This document shows positions 1 to 9,041 of a stretch of 50,255 nt of DNA, in pieces. Made by a program: the position numbers and the translations under genes. This stretch comes from a virus (Duplodnaviria; Caudoviricetes): positions 1-50,255 of the IMG/VR virus record IMGVR_UViG_3300030059_003698; one strand, given 5' to 3'. The first letter of the stretch is position 1. The number at the start of each line of letters is the position of its first letter. A model generated the notes under the pieces. The model was not told the origin of the DNA, made no database searches, and saw nothing but the letters and a program-made list of their open reading frames with translations.

Positions 1-1143
1 CTAGGCTTTCCGTTTCCTTCCAAGCAAGCCTTCAATTGAGTGCACCGGTCTTTCACTGTGTCCAGATTGTGTCTGGCGCTGTTTTGCAACCTCTGCCGGT
101 GTGCTACCTGTTGTGCGATTGCCCAGCATGTTAACGGCATCGCGTGCACGGTGTGGGGCCAAGTGGGCGTACTTCTCTGTCATCTTCACCGTGGAGTGCC
201 CCAGCACATCTTTAACGTCCAGTAGCGGCACTCCCTGACTAACCATCCAGCTTGCGCAGGTATGCCGCAAGTCGTGGATCCGGAAATTGGCGATGCGCGC
301 GGCACTGCACGCCGTATTAAAGCCGTTTCGCAGATTGCCCAGTCGCTCACCATCCGCTTTTGCAAACACCCATTCGCTATGAGGGCAGTTGCTAGCTACC
401 CACACCCAGCGGCGTTTTAGTGCCGCGTTCGCCTCATCATTCAGCGGTACCGACCGGCGCTTTGCGCTCTTGTTGTCTTCACCTTCCAAGTGAAGTAGGG
501 CATTATCAAAGTCGACGCGTGACCATGTCATCTTGAGCAATTCATTCATGCGGGCGCCTGTATTGAGGCCCAATAGAATGAAGTCTGCTAACCTCTCACC
601 GCTACGCTGTGTTTTAGCTGCCGCTACCAACCTGTCCGCTTCTGAGTGAGTTAGCCACCGCACGCGTCCTTCTGGCTCCTTGAGCATCCTGCCTCTAACA
701 GGATTGCTCATGGGCCACTCTAAGTGAATGATCGCGTAGTTGATCATTGCGCTTAAGATTGAAAGCTCACGATTAATGGTTGCAGGTTTTACACCGTCTT
801 TCTGTCGCGCTGAAATGAACGCTCGCACGTCATCCCCTCGCATTTCCTCCATTACAAATTCAGCGCCGATATGGTCATAGAGCCTTGCAACGCGACGCTG
901 CATGTCGCCGTAAGAACGCTTGTGTTGGCTGGCACCGAGAAATTCGGCGGCGACCTCAGCAAAGGAATGCTGGGGCGATTTGCCCCAGGCGTTTTGCTGA
1001 TAGAGTTCTGATCGCCATTTTGATTCCAGCGCTTTCGCTTCCCGATAGTCTACCGTCCCAGTAGAACGTCTAATCGGCGTGCCGCCTCCCGGCGGGGTGA
1101 TTTTAGTCCACCAATACGATGAACCCTTACGTTTGTGGGGCAT
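1..1143 (-). CDS. int: Tyrosine recombinase phage integrase
   Basis: Catalytic motifs TGAR, HDLRHT, LGH and KYAH in a 380-aa ORF. Confidence 0.97.
   Translation of the reverse strand: MPHKRKGSSYWWTKITPPGGGTPIRRSTGTVDYREAKALESKWRSELYQQNAWGKSPQHSFAEVAAEFLGASQHKRSYGDMQRRVARLYDHIGAEFVMEEMRGDDVRAFISARQKDGVKPATINRELSILSAMINYAIIHLEWPMSNPVRGRMLKEPEGRVRWLTHSEADRLVAAAKTQRSGERLADFILLGLNTGARMNELLKMTWSRVDFDNALLHLEGEDNKSAKRRSVPLNDEANAALKRRWVWVASNCPHSEWVFAKADGERLGNLRNGFNTACSAARIANFRIHDLRHTCASWMVSQGVPLLDVKDVLGHSTVKMTEKYAHLAPHRARDAVNMLGNRTTGSTPAEVAKQRQTQSGHSERPVHSIEGLLGRKRKA
57..73 (+). promoter_or_regulatory. Putative integrase arm-type binding sites, left arm (inside the int 3' end)
   Basis: TGTGTCCAGATTGTGTC matches TGTGTCTAGATTGTGCC at 48924-48940 near attR. 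Confidence 0.6.
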
Positions 1144-1358
1144 GGTGCTTCTCCTTGTACCACGCCGGGCGCATGGTTAGTTTGCGTCGCGGCGCAGTTG
1201 GCGTCCAGCTTTTGGCGCAGTCGTTCGGCGTGGATCATGCGGCGCTTACCCATCTGCACAACGGGAAGGGTGCCGTCATCCATCCAGCGGTAGACGGTAG
1301 CGACCGATACGCTGAGCGCTTTGGATGCTTCTTTTGGGGTGTAGGTAAGCACGTCCAT
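1050..1358 (-). CDS. xis: Excisionase (HTH_17/MerR-like)
   Basis: MDVLTYTPKEASKALSVSVATVYRWMDDGTLP..GKRRMI; adjacent to and overlapping int; start re-assigned to ATG 1358. Confidence 0.85.
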   Translation of the reverse strand: MDVLTYTPKEASKALSVSVATVYRWMDDGTLPVVQMGKRRMIHAERLRQKLDANCAATQTNHAPGVVQGEAPCPTNVRVHRIGGLKSPRREAARRLDVLLGR

Positions 1359-1359
1359 T

Positions 1360-1872
1360 TCAGTCTCCCGTATGCCGCTGGCCGCCGGGGCCAAAGCCTT
1401 TGCCTGCACGCCATTCCTGTTCCTGGCGTGCGATGCTGTTATCAATCGCCTCCTGACGCTCACGCTTAACCAGGTCCATAACGCCGGGGTGCGCGGCCAC
1501 CTCGCGAAGTTCCTCAAGATCGTTTTCAAGTTCAATGATGATGCGTTGTGCCACGTCGGATAGTTCCCAAAGGTCCGCTGGTGCATGGCCATCCTTACGA
1601 ACACGGCCTAGCCCGTAGCAGTGGCCGCATGGCTTGGCCTTATTACCCTTGATGTGGTCGTGGCCAGTGCCCATGCAGATCGTGCAGTCGTCGGGCTTGA
1701 TGGCCCGCCAGTTCTGGCGCCAGTCAACCTCGGTGGTGATGCTGGCGATGTCTTTATCAAGGTCGTGATAGAGCACCAGCAACTGTCCTTCCAAGGCACC
1801 GCCGCCCATTTGCTGAGCGCTTTCTTTGAATTTACCGCCATTTGAGCGATGGGTGTGGGTTGGCTGGGTCAT
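1360..1872 (-). CDS. Phage protein with DnaJ-type zinc-finger motifs
   Basis: CTICMGTG and CGHCYGLG (CxxCxGxG twice); coupled to neighbours. Confidence 0.75.
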   Translation of the reverse strand: MTQPTHTHRSNGGKFKESAQQMGGGALEGQLLVLYHDLDKDIASITTEVDWRQNWRAIKPDDCTICMGTGHDHIKGNKAKPCGHCYGLGRVRKDGHAPADLWELSDVAQRIIIELENDLEELREVAAHPGVMDLVKRERQEAIDNSIARQEQEWRAGKGFGPGGQRHTGD

Positions 1873-2477
1873 TGAAGGCCCTCGGCTTGTTTGCGCTTAT
1901 CTGCGGCGCGAGCGAGTAGCCAATTAGCCATCTTGTGCATGGCCGGAACAGTGTCTTCTGCCGCCTCTTCCAGGGCCTCCGCCTGCGTTAAGGCATCGCG
2001 GCGGGCGAGGCTGGTGGCTGGTGAATTTTCATAGCAGGACTTCATTTCCTCCCTCATACGCCCGACTGCCATATTGCATAAGGAATCCAGAGCAACTGAC
2101 CGGAACCGCTCAACATGCGCCGCCAGCGCCTGCTCGCGCTCCTCTAGCTCAGCAATGCGCTCAGTCAGCAGGGCATTGGCAGCACGCTCGCTCTCTAGCG
2201 CATCGGGACTGCTCTCGGCATGCAGGCGTTTGGCTTGTTCCAAATTGGAACTACCCACTACCTTTGACGCATCCATGCCTCTGATCGCGGCTTTAGCTTG
2301 CTTTGCGATAATGGCTTCATGCACATCTTTGCGCACATACTCCACGGACTCGCTCGGGTCCATGCCCACACCTGGTGCCGGATCGTCGCACCAGAGATAG
2401 CACCGCTGGCCTTCGCTAGAATCTGGCACTAGGTAGATGGTCTCAACCGCCAGGTGTTTAATGTCATTGGTATTCAT
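1869..2477 (-). CDS. Hypothetical phage early protein (coiled-coil)
   Basis: 202-aa ORF with 4-nt overlaps in the leftward operon. Confidence 0.7.
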   Translation of the reverse strand: MNTNDIKHLAVETIYLVPDSSEGQRCYLWCDDPAPGVGMDPSESVEYVRKDVHEAIIAKQAKAAIRGMDASKVVGSSNLEQAKRLHAESSPDALESERAANALLTERIAELEEREQALAAHVERFRSVALDSLCNMAVGRMREEMKSCYENSPATSLARRDALTQAEALEEAAEDTVPAMHKMANWLLARAADKRKQAEGLQ

Positions 2478-2770
2478 AACGCCATACCCTCCTGAATCGC
2501 TACCCTCGGCTCTGGCCGGTTGCTCACGTCAAAGCACTCGATGTGTGGATCTGGCGCGTGAGCGTTGCAAATCTGCGTAGCAAACACTTGCACCTGGTGA
2601 CGATCGCACCGGCCGTAAGGTGTGCGGCTTGGTTTTTGCTGTAGCGATGACTGCTGTGTAAACGGGCAGTGCTTGTCTTCATCAAAGCCAAGGTGCTGGT
2701 ATTGCTGGCAGCTAACGCAGGCTTTTGGCGAATACATGAACGGTTCTGTGCCTGGGCGTTGGTAGTTCAC
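2474..2770 (-). CDS. Cys-rich hypothetical phage protein
   Basis: ATGA-type overlaps on both sides; CxxC plus further Cys. Confidence 0.7.
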   Translation of the reverse strand: MNYQRPGTEPFMYSPKACVSCQQYQHLGFDEDKHCPFTQQSSLQQKPSRTPYGRCDRHQVQVFATQICNAHAPDPHIECFDVSNRPEPRVAIQEGMAL

Positions 2771-3030
2771 CGGACACCTCCTAGCAGCGGCATGCCGTCT
2801 TCATCCAGCTGCTCACCTGCGGGGAGGAAGTCGGTACCCGGTGCCCGCTTGATGATCTTGAGCCGTTCGTTCTCTGCCCGGGCGGTGTCGACTACCTGTG
2901 CAGACACTTCGCTAACGGCACGCGCCCGCTGGATCTCTTCTTTCAGCGCATCGCCCTTGATGGTCTCATCACCTAGGCGCTCAAGCTGGGCAAACAGGTG
3001 ATTGCGTAGGTCGTCAATTTTGTTCTTCAT
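2767..3030 (-). CDS. Conserved phage protein (KNKIDDLRNHLFAQLERL type)
   Basis: Recognisable N-terminus of a small phage protein that typically follows this HNH gene. Confidence 0.75.
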   Translation of the reverse strand: MKNKIDDLRNHLFAQLERLGDETIKGDALKEEIQRARAVSEVSAQVVDTARAENERLKIIKRAPGTDFLPAGEQLDEDGMPLLGGVR

Positions 3031-3644
3031 GCCTGCTTGCTCCTGCGGTTGATTTTGGCGGTTAGGGCGCCGCGTAACTGGACAATCTGCGCAATCTCCG
3101 GAGGGAGGTGTAGGTAGCTATTTCGACGCATCAGGTCGGCGCGGCTGATGAGTTCCAGGTTTTCGCCCGCGAAATTGCGGTTGTCTTCATCCCTAAACAC
3201 CACGGCATGGCCCTTTGGTACGGGCCGCCCGTTGTGCTTTTCCCATTCGATGTGGCTCACCGCCACCCAGTCGCGTGATGGATTGCCGGTATCGGTTAGC
3301 TTGCGCTGTAGGTAGCCGTCCTTCGTGATGCGCTCGGTGCCGATCGGCTTCCAGTTGGGCGGCATGTGCCCCTTTTTAAAGCGCGTGCGCTCAGTGCCGG
3401 GCGCGCTGTAGTTAGTGCCCTTGTTCCAGGGTGAACTGCCCGCCTTGAAGCAGCCGGGCTTTTCAGCCATGTGCGCTTCCGACTTCTTCCAGCCGTATAA
3501 ACTGGCCTGGTTCTTGATGCTGAACTTGCTGCGACGGAAAATGCGGGCCAAGGTTTTGTTGTCCGTATCCGGATAGATTTTCTCCAGTGAAGCCAAATCC
3601 TCTGGAGACCAGGGCTTGCCTTTATTGGCGAGGTAGTCAGTCAT
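3027..3644 (-). CDS. HNH_3-type endonuclease
   Basis: GTERITKDGY..HIEWEKHNGRPVPKGHAVVFRDEDNRN..ENLELISR motif. Confidence 0.85.
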   Translation of the reverse strand: MTDYLANKGKPWSPEDLASLEKIYPDTDNKTLARIFRRSKFSIKNQASLYGWKKSEAHMAEKPGCFKAGSSPWNKGTNYSAPGTERTRFKKGHMPPNWKPIGTERITKDGYLQRKLTDTGNPSRDWVAVSHIEWEKHNGRPVPKGHAVVFRDEDNRNFAGENLELISRADLMRRNSYLHLPPEIAQIVQLRGALTAKINRRSKQA

Positions 3645-3970
3645 TAGATGGCCTCCGCTATTTCGTCCCGGTGAAGCTGGGCAACGTCCACTACGTTCAT
3701 GCCGACGCGATGAGCAACGTGCAGCTCAAGGTGGGCGCCTTTCGACGCTTGCCAGCCCGGGAGAAGGGCGATGGTGTCGCAGGTCAGCATCTGCTGCAGA
3801 TCCTGCTTTAAATACTCTTCCCAGCTGAGGTCTTCGCTCTCGCTTTGCTTTTCAGCAGGGTTCACCACCTCATAACCCAGCGCCCTTAGCTGGTGAGCGG
3901 TTAAGTGGAAAGCGCCAAAGTTGAGCCCAGGCAGCCCCGTCATGGGGCCGCTGATGTAGAAGCGTTTCAT
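3644..3970 (-). CDS. DUF4406 / nucleoside 2-deoxyribosyltransferase-like protein
   Basis: YISGPMTG..NF.AF..VVNPA..CD.IALLPGWQ.SKGA.LE signature. Confidence 0.85.
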   Translation of the reverse strand: MKRFYISGPMTGLPGLNFGAFHLTAHQLRALGYEVVNPAEKQSESEDLSWEEYLKQDLQQMLTCDTIALLPGWQASKGAHLELHVAHRVGMNVVDVAQLHRDEIAEAI

Positions 3971-5100
3971 GACAGAACCTTCCGCTGGCCACTGCTGTTC
4001 ATTGCTGATACGACGCTCTGGCGCTCCATTTCTTCAATAAGCCGAGCGGACCGGTTGTAGCCCAGCTTTAAATGGCGCTGAATGCCGGATATTAACGCCT
4101 TACCCTCTCGCTTAACGAAAATCACGGCGGCTTCGTACATCGGATCCTGCTCTTGGGTTGCTTCGGGTTGCTCTTGTGCCGCTGGCTCCCGTTGCGTCTC
4201 GCCGCCCAGCCATTCCACCAGCAGTTCGACGCTGGCGCGCAGGCAGCCGGACATGATGACGAAATCGCTTTCCAAACGGGCGAGAGCATCGTCGTCATCT
4301 TCGGCAAAGTCGGCGACCTCTATCACTGAGTCATCAAAGCGAATCGACTTAAGCGCTAGATCGTCATGCAGGATGAACGACAGTTGGCCCTCGATACTGA
4401 GCGCTAACTTGCTGGCTTGGCGCCCGCTTTCGAGTAGCTGCTGCATTTCGTCGCTGTCGAGATCCACCTGGCGTGCGCGTACCACGCCGTCATCGCCTTT
4501 GGCTTTAAGCTCTACGTTGTCGCCTAGCTGGAGATCGGCAGGGCGGCTGGCTGCATCGTCTACCCATGTGGTCATGGCGCGGATGGGCAGCGTTTGCGTG
4601 GATAGCGGTATGACCTTTAGGCTGCCCAGCGTTTCACGCAGCAGGTCGAGTACGTCCTCAGCGCGTGCGCGGCTGCTGGTGTTGACGCCGATCAGCTGGC
4701 GCTCGGTGTCCCACCATAGGTCTATCTTCTGGCTGCGCACGAAAGCGCGAGGAAGTAGCGCCTCGGTGGCCTGCTCTTTGAGTGCCGTTTTCTCTTTGCG
4801 TGTGACCTTGCGGCCCTCGCTGGCTTCGATCTCGGCGACTTGCTCGTCAACTTCTTCTTTCACCACGGAGGCGGGGAGCATGCGCTCTTGGCGTAGGGCG
4901 CTGATTAAGCGATGGCCCTGGATCTCGTGTATCAACTGACCGCCACTCAGGCGACCTGCTGGCGCTGTCCAGCCAATGCGGCGAGCGTCGGCATTGCCCA
5001 GGGGCTTGGCGCGATGCTCGTCAAGAATAACGGCCATTTGCTCGGGGCTTAGCAGCTGCTGCTCGTGGATCCGGTAGAGGTGTAGGTGTTTGAACCACAT
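3967..5100 (-). CDS. rdgC: RdgC recombination-associated protein with C-terminal FtsK gamma (winged-helix) domain
   Basis: MWFKHLHLYR N-terminus and LLPRAF motif; C-terminal DPMYEAAV..SGIQRHLKLGYNRSARLIEEME. Confidence 0.9.
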   Translation of the reverse strand: MWFKHLHLYRIHEQQLLSPEQMAVILDEHRAKPLGNADARRIGWTAPAGRLSGGQLIHEIQGHRLISALRQERMLPASVVKEEVDEQVAEIEASEGRKVTRKEKTALKEQATEALLPRAFVRSQKIDLWWDTERQLIGVNTSSRARAEDVLDLLRETLGSLKVIPLSTQTLPIRAMTTWVDDAASRPADLQLGDNVELKAKGDDGVVRARQVDLDSDEMQQLLESGRQASKLALSIEGQLSFILHDDLALKSIRFDDSVIEVADFAEDDDDALARLESDFVIMSGCLRASVELLVEWLGGETQREPAAQEQPEATQEQDPMYEAAVIFVKREGKALISGIQRHLKLGYNRSARLIEEMERQSVVSAMNSSGQRKVLS

Positions 5101-5181
5101 GTTAGGCGTCCTTTTGCTTGTTCTGGTCAGCGCCCTTAGCTGGCGCTGGCTTAAAGATTCGGTCGAAGGCGGCTTGGTCGA

Positions 5182-5394
5182 TCATGTGCGGCTATCCAGT
5201 TCAGCCAGAGCATCGCCGCAGCTAATGGCCGTGACTTCGCAATCGGGCGCGTGGCTGGGGCTCTCAAATAACGGGAAGGCTTCGACTGCTTGCTTGATGG
5301 CTGAGTCGGGGCTTTCGCTTTTCACGGCAACGATCACGGTTAAGTAGCGCGTGTTTTGCTGGCCGGTGAAGGGATGGAATTCGCTAGGCGTCAT
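5182..5394 (-). CDS. Small hypothetical phage protein
   Basis: Fits the operon with ATGA overlap to the upstream gene. Confidence 0.5.
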   Translation of the reverse strand: MTPSEFHPFTGQQNTRYLTVIVAVKSESPDSAIKQAVEAFPLFESPSHAPDCEVTAISCGDALAELDSRT

Positions 5395-5711
5395 TGTGTG
5401 TACTCCTGCCAAACGGTTTGGGTAACGGGCTTATTGCGCTTCATGACCTGCACTTTTTTCGGGAACATGATGCGCAGGTCTCGCGCCCGCCCTGACCGCT
5501 TCGCGATCTCGATAAACTGCTTGGCGTACTGGGGCGCATCGAACGGCGCACTTAATGGCACCTTTCGCTTGCTCTCCATGATTACGTTGAAGCGCTCCAA
5601 TACCCGCTCCTCGTACTCGCTCACCGACTCCCCCGGCTTGGGGGGGGTAGAGGCACGGGCTAGCTGCAGGGCTTTGCATTCGGTCATGCCGTATACGCGG
5701 AAGGTGCTCAT
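5391..5711 (-). CDS. Hypothetical phage protein
   Basis: 106 aa, 4-nt overlap, GAGG RBS. Confidence 0.7.
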   Translation of the reverse strand: MSTFRVYGMTECKALQLARASTPPKPGESVSEYEERVLERFNVIMESKRKVPLSAPFDAPQYAKQFIEIAKRSGRARDLRIMFPKKVQVMKRNKPVTQTVWQEYTQ

Positions 5712-6763
5712 GCTGCCTCCTCAAGCGGTACCGCCTTGGTCAGGTCGTCTTCAGTGATGTAGCTACCCAGCTCGGCGCGGGTGTATTTGCCTGCGTCGTT
5801 GGCGCTATTGCGATAGCCGCAGAAATTGGGCGCATACCACGCGGAGTGGCCTTTGTGCCAAATCAGGTAAAGGGGTTCGTTTTCGGGGAAAAGGACGTCT
5901 TTCAGCACCTGGGCGCGCTTGAAGTCCATCGCCTTAATGGCCTTGGCTAACTCGCGCTCTAGGCGTTGGCGGCGCTGGCGCTCATTGCGCTTAACGCGCA
6001 GGCAGCCTGGGTTGTGTAGGTAGATCTCTGAGGCTTGGCTGCACATAACGCCATACTTGCCAGTGACCACATACCAGCTCTGGTTAAGGTTGTAATAGGC
6101 GGTGCCGGTAACGACGCGACCTTTGTTATCGAGCGTGTAAACGGGTGCGCCATGGGTGATGGTCTCGCCCTCAGCTGAGCGAGCATTGCATTCCATGTTG
6201 ATGCGAGCGCGCCCGAGCTCCTCTACAAAGTGACCACTGGAACGCATTTCACGACCAACCCACTCAAGAGCAGTGAGCGAACCGGGGCCTGGGCGCCGGG
6301 TATTCGGACTGCTGTCTTTAAAGTCGTACCCAGCAAACACATTGCACAGGTAGTCACGAATACGGTTTCGGGTGCGCTGCATTTCCAAGTGGATCAGATA
6401 AGGCATGCGCTTTTCTTTATCGAACTCGTGGCGACCTTTGCCGTCTTCTCGCGTGATATTGGCTACGTCTTGCCACATCTTAAATTGAACAATGCGCCCG
6501 GTTATTTCTAGCTGGCCCTGTAGATCACCTTTTGTACATGTGCGGTGGTTATGAGCGATGCAGCGGTATTCATCGGCTTCGTCCCACTCGCCAACATGCC
6601 AGCCCAGCCGGTTAAGCTGCTGAATAAAGCGCTTGAATACCTGCTTACGAAAGAGTTTTTCCCATTCGTTCCACTGGGCGGTGCCGGTGCGTTGCGGCTC
6701 TTCCCATATGTTGATGCTGGCATCGCCAAAGGTCACGGTTCCTAAACGGTTAATCTGTGCCAT
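5708..6763 (-). CDS. Conserved hypothetical phage protein (~350 aa)
   Basis: Long ORF; start re-assigned to MAQINRLG after a GAGG RBS; C-terminal YLIWHKGHSAWYAPNFCGY..AGKY motif. Confidence 0.75.
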   Translation of the reverse strand: MAQINRLGTVTFGDASINIWEEPQRTGTAQWNEWEKLFRKQVFKRFIQQLNRLGWHVGEWDEADEYRCIAHNHRTCTKGDLQGQLEITGRIVQFKMWQDVANITREDGKGRHEFDKEKRMPYLIHLEMQRTRNRIRDYLCNVFAGYDFKDSSPNTRRPGPGSLTALEWVGREMRSSGHFVEELGRARINMECNARSAEGETITHGAPVYTLDNKGRVVTGTAYYNLNQSWYVVTGKYGVMCSQASEIYLHNPGCLRVKRNERQRRQRLERELAKAIKAMDFKRAQVLKDVLFPENEPLYLIWHKGHSAWYAPNFCGYRNSANDAGKYTRAELGSYITEDDLTKAVPLEEAA

Positions 6764-6773
6764 CGTCATCACC

Positions 6774-7100
6774 TCAAAACTGAACAAACTGGTTAAACGG
6801 CACGGTCTCCGGCATGGCCAGCCGTGCGGGGGAAACGTCAGTGGGTAGCGCTGGGCCTGCTGGGCGCATGCCTGGGCATTGCTCGGGTACGTTGATGCTG
6901 TCGTCCCAATCGCGGTGGCCCACGCGCTGCTCAAGCGGTACGCCGCGCGCCTTCTCTGCCTCGAATACCGCTACGCCTTCGCAGTAGGCGAGCACATCAC
7001 GCTCTTGGTCTTCGGCTTCGCCCTCGGCGGTCATGCCTAGCGCGGCCACTACAGCAAGCAGGCCCACGACCCAGACGGTGTTATTTCTGCTGATGCTCAT
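6774..7100 (-). CDS. Exported or membrane-anchored hypothetical phage protein
   Basis: N-terminal hydrophobic segment VWVVGLLAVVAALG; AGGAG RBS. Confidence 0.65.
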   Translation of the reverse strand: MSISRNNTVWVVGLLAVVAALGMTAEGEAEDQERDVLAYCEGVAVFEAEKARGVPLEQRVGHRDWDDSINVPEQCPGMRPAGPALPTDVSPARLAMPETVPFNQFVQF

Positions 7101-7393
7101 GCGGCTAGCTCCTGTGCGGCTAATGCGGGATTGGCGTGTAGGTTGATGCGCTGTTCTACGTGAGCGCCCCATAGCACATCGCGCAGTGCGTTACGTGCGG
7201 CTAGCTCAGTGGGTAGCGGGGCGTTCATGCGGACGATGATCTTTGTGCCTTCCTTGCCGATGAAGGCGGGAAGATAGCCACCGCCGATCACCGGCTCGGC
7301 ATAAATCACGGTGCCGTGCAGGGTGTAGCCGTCTTGCATGGCGAACAGGCGCCAGTGATTGATCACGAACTTGAGGCTGATGACGTGGTTCAT
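7097..7393 (-). CDS. Hypothetical phage protein
   Basis: Start MNHVISLKF after GGAGG; ATGA overlap. Confidence 0.65.
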   Translation of the reverse strand: MNHVISLKFVINHWRLFAMQDGYTLHGTVIYAEPVIGGGYLPAFIGKEGTKIIVRMNAPLPTELAARNALRDVLWGAHVEQRINLHANPALAAQELAA

Positions 7394-7722
7394 TGGGCTG
7401 CCTCCGCTGGTGCTGGGCCTGCGCTTTCGTGCAGCAGCTTGGTTAGGTGGTCGTTGATCGCGCACAGCGCATGCATGGCGGTATCGGTGTGCGCGTAAAA
7501 GCAGTTAAAGCTGGTATGGCTTTCATGCTGGGCGTTATGGGCGGCTAGCCATGTTTGGCAAAAGATGCCGTGCTGGTCGGTTTCAAACAGCACCGCGTAT
7601 TGGCGCTGCAGGTTCACTGCCAGCGCCAGTTCTTGGCACTGCAGGAGAGTGCAAGTGAAGGCGCTGGGTAGCTGGTTGGCCGTGAACACTTCGGTGATAG
7701 TTTTGGGGGCATCTAAGCTCAT
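7390..7722 (-). CDS. Hypothetical phage protein
   Basis: Coupled ORF in the leftward operon. Confidence 0.65.
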   Translation of the reverse strand: MSLDAPKTITEVFTANQLPSAFTCTLLQCQELALAVNLQRQYAVLFETDQHGIFCQTWLAAHNAQHESHTSFNCFYAHTDTAMHALCAINDHLTKLLHESAGPAPAEAAQ

Positions 7723-8138
7723 GACGGCACCTCACTGGCGTATTCCCGCAAAAGCTCAAGCACACGCTTGCCGGTCAAGCGCTCGGTGACGGTGGGCGCG
7801 GGCCAGGGCTCATCAATGTTGAAGGTGCAGTCGCCAAAATCGAGGCAGCTCATTAGCACGTAGTCGAAAGCGTGTTCGTAGAATGTTGTGAACTCAGTGC
7901 CTTCCCCTAAGGCGGAATCCCATTCGCCGCCAATGCTGGGTATATGGTTCACGCTGACGCAAGCTTGCTCACATGCGCGCTTCGCTTTAGATGTTTTTGC
8001 AATGCAGCGTGGATAGGAGGCTTCGAATTCGTCATCAATCCAGGTGCGCTTAGCCTCTGCCTGAAAGTCGCGGCGCGGGCTGCCGGCATAGATAGCGAGC
8101 GCTTTCTTGCTGAGTTTTTTGAGAATGCGTGGCTTCAT
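7719..8138 (-). CDS. Hypothetical phage protein (MKPRILKKLSKKA type)
   Basis: AGGAG RBS; coupled ORF. Confidence 0.7.
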   Translation of the reverse strand: MKPRILKKLSKKALAIYAGSPRRDFQAEAKRTWIDDEFEASYPRCIAKTSKAKRACEQACVSVNHIPSIGGEWDSALGEGTEFTTFYEHAFDYVLMSCLDFGDCTFNIDEPWPAPTVTERLTGKRVLELLREYASEVPS

Positions 8139-8161
8139 GCGTAAAGACTCCTGATGCTGGC

Positions 8162-8374
8162 TTATGTCAGCCGGATGAATGAACCGAAGCTCTCAACCAC
8201 ACAGTCACGAGCCTCCATGGAAACCACCGCGCCTTGCTTGGCCGTTCGTACAACGAGCATTACCTGCAGGTCGCCGCCTCTTGCCACGGCCTGATGCGCC
8301 AGCTTGGTCATGCGCGCGCCTTTGAGTTCGTCTGCCATTGCCGCGAGGGCTTGTTCGATAGTGTTAATAGCCAT
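8162..8374 (-). CDS. Small hypothetical phage protein
   Basis: GGAGG RBS; operon position. Confidence 0.6.
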   Translation of the reverse strand: MAINTIEQALAAMADELKGARMTKLAHQAVARGGDLQVMLVVRTAKQGAVVSMEARDCVVESFGSFIRLT

Positions 8375-8377
8375 GGG

Positions 8378-8689
8378 TCACACCTCCCGGCGTAGCTGTG
8401 TATGAGGGCGCTGCATGCGCAGGCGGGCATTGTTGCGGTACTGGTCGTCGCCACTGTCGGTAGCCATGAACAACGAGAGCGCCAGCACCAGCGCAAGACG
8501 AATCCATTCCTGGGTAATGGCCAGGGCAACTAAGTGAGTAGTGTTGCGGGCCTTGACTCGCTCACAGGCCAGAATGATGTGGCGGCGAACGGTGCCTGCT
8601 GAACGGTGCATCATCGCTGCGCACTGCTCGGCGGTATTGCCTTGAGCAAGGAGAGTGACGATCTGTATTTGGCGCTTGGTAAGGTTCAT
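8378..8689 (-). CDS. Stand-alone LuxR/GerE-type HTH regulator, first gene of the PL operon
   Basis: LTKRQIQIVTLLAQG.TAEQCA..MHRSAGTVRRH..ARNTTHLVALA. Confidence 0.85.
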   Translation of the reverse strand: MNLTKRQIQIVTLLAQGNTAEQCAAMMHRSAGTVRRHIILACERVKARNTTHLVALAITQEWIRLALVLALSLFMATDSGDDQYRNNARLRMQRPHTQLRREV

Positions 8690-8719
8690 GGCTGCGCTTC
8701 CTTATGATTCGTTTTATGT

Positions 8720-8748
8720 AATTTATGGCACAAACCATAAAACGTCAA
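8720..8748 (-). promoter_or_regulatory. PL-like sigma70 promoter with embedded operator
   Basis: TTGACG-N17-TAAATT on the minus strand; inverted repeat TTATGG-N6-CCATAA (8723-8740) in the spacer. Confidence 0.75.
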
Positions 8749-8771
8749 GACTGAGCCATGATTTAGGCATG

Positions 8772-8797
8772 AAAAAATGCCGACTCAAAGTCGGCAT
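8772..8797 (-). terminator. Rho-independent terminator ending the LexA-box ORF transcript
   Basis: ATGCCGAC-TTTGA-GTCGGCAT hairpin plus T-run on the minus strand. Confidence 0.75.
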
Positions 8798-8821
8798 ATC
8801 TTTCTTAGGGTGGGTATTGCT

Positions 8822-9001
8822 TTATTTGAGGTTCGTCTTGGAGCCTTCGGCCCATTCGATAAGAGCTAGGTATAGATCGCTGCTGGCCGGGATGGGGGAG
8901 CAAGGAGAATCCTCAACAGCTACAAATTGATAAGAGAGCTCGCTGTTTGGGATATTTGTTTGTGGTATGAGCGCGCTTTGCTGGCGCTGACTGTCATTCA
9001 T
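8822..9001 (-). CDS. Small LexA-controlled protein, candidate antirepressor
   Basis: 59 aa from ATG 9001 (alternative start 9016), directly downstream of a perfect SOS box, with its own terminator. Confidence 0.55.
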   Translation of the reverse strand: MNDSQRQQSALIPQTNIPNSELSYQFVAVEDSPCSPIPASSDLYLALIEWAEGSKTNLK

Positions 9002-9025
9002 TTTTCTTTGCCCCATGACCAATAC

Positions 9026-9041
9026 CTGTATCTTTATACAG
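9026..9041. promoter_or_regulatory. LexA (SOS) box
   Basis: CTGTATCTTTATACAG = CTG-N10-CAG with AT-rich core, overlapping a minus-strand TATACT -10. Confidence 0.85.

Noticed and set aside
4082-4939. 285-aa plus-strand ORF
   Set aside because: Antisense shadow of rdgC; Ser-rich with no recognisable motif
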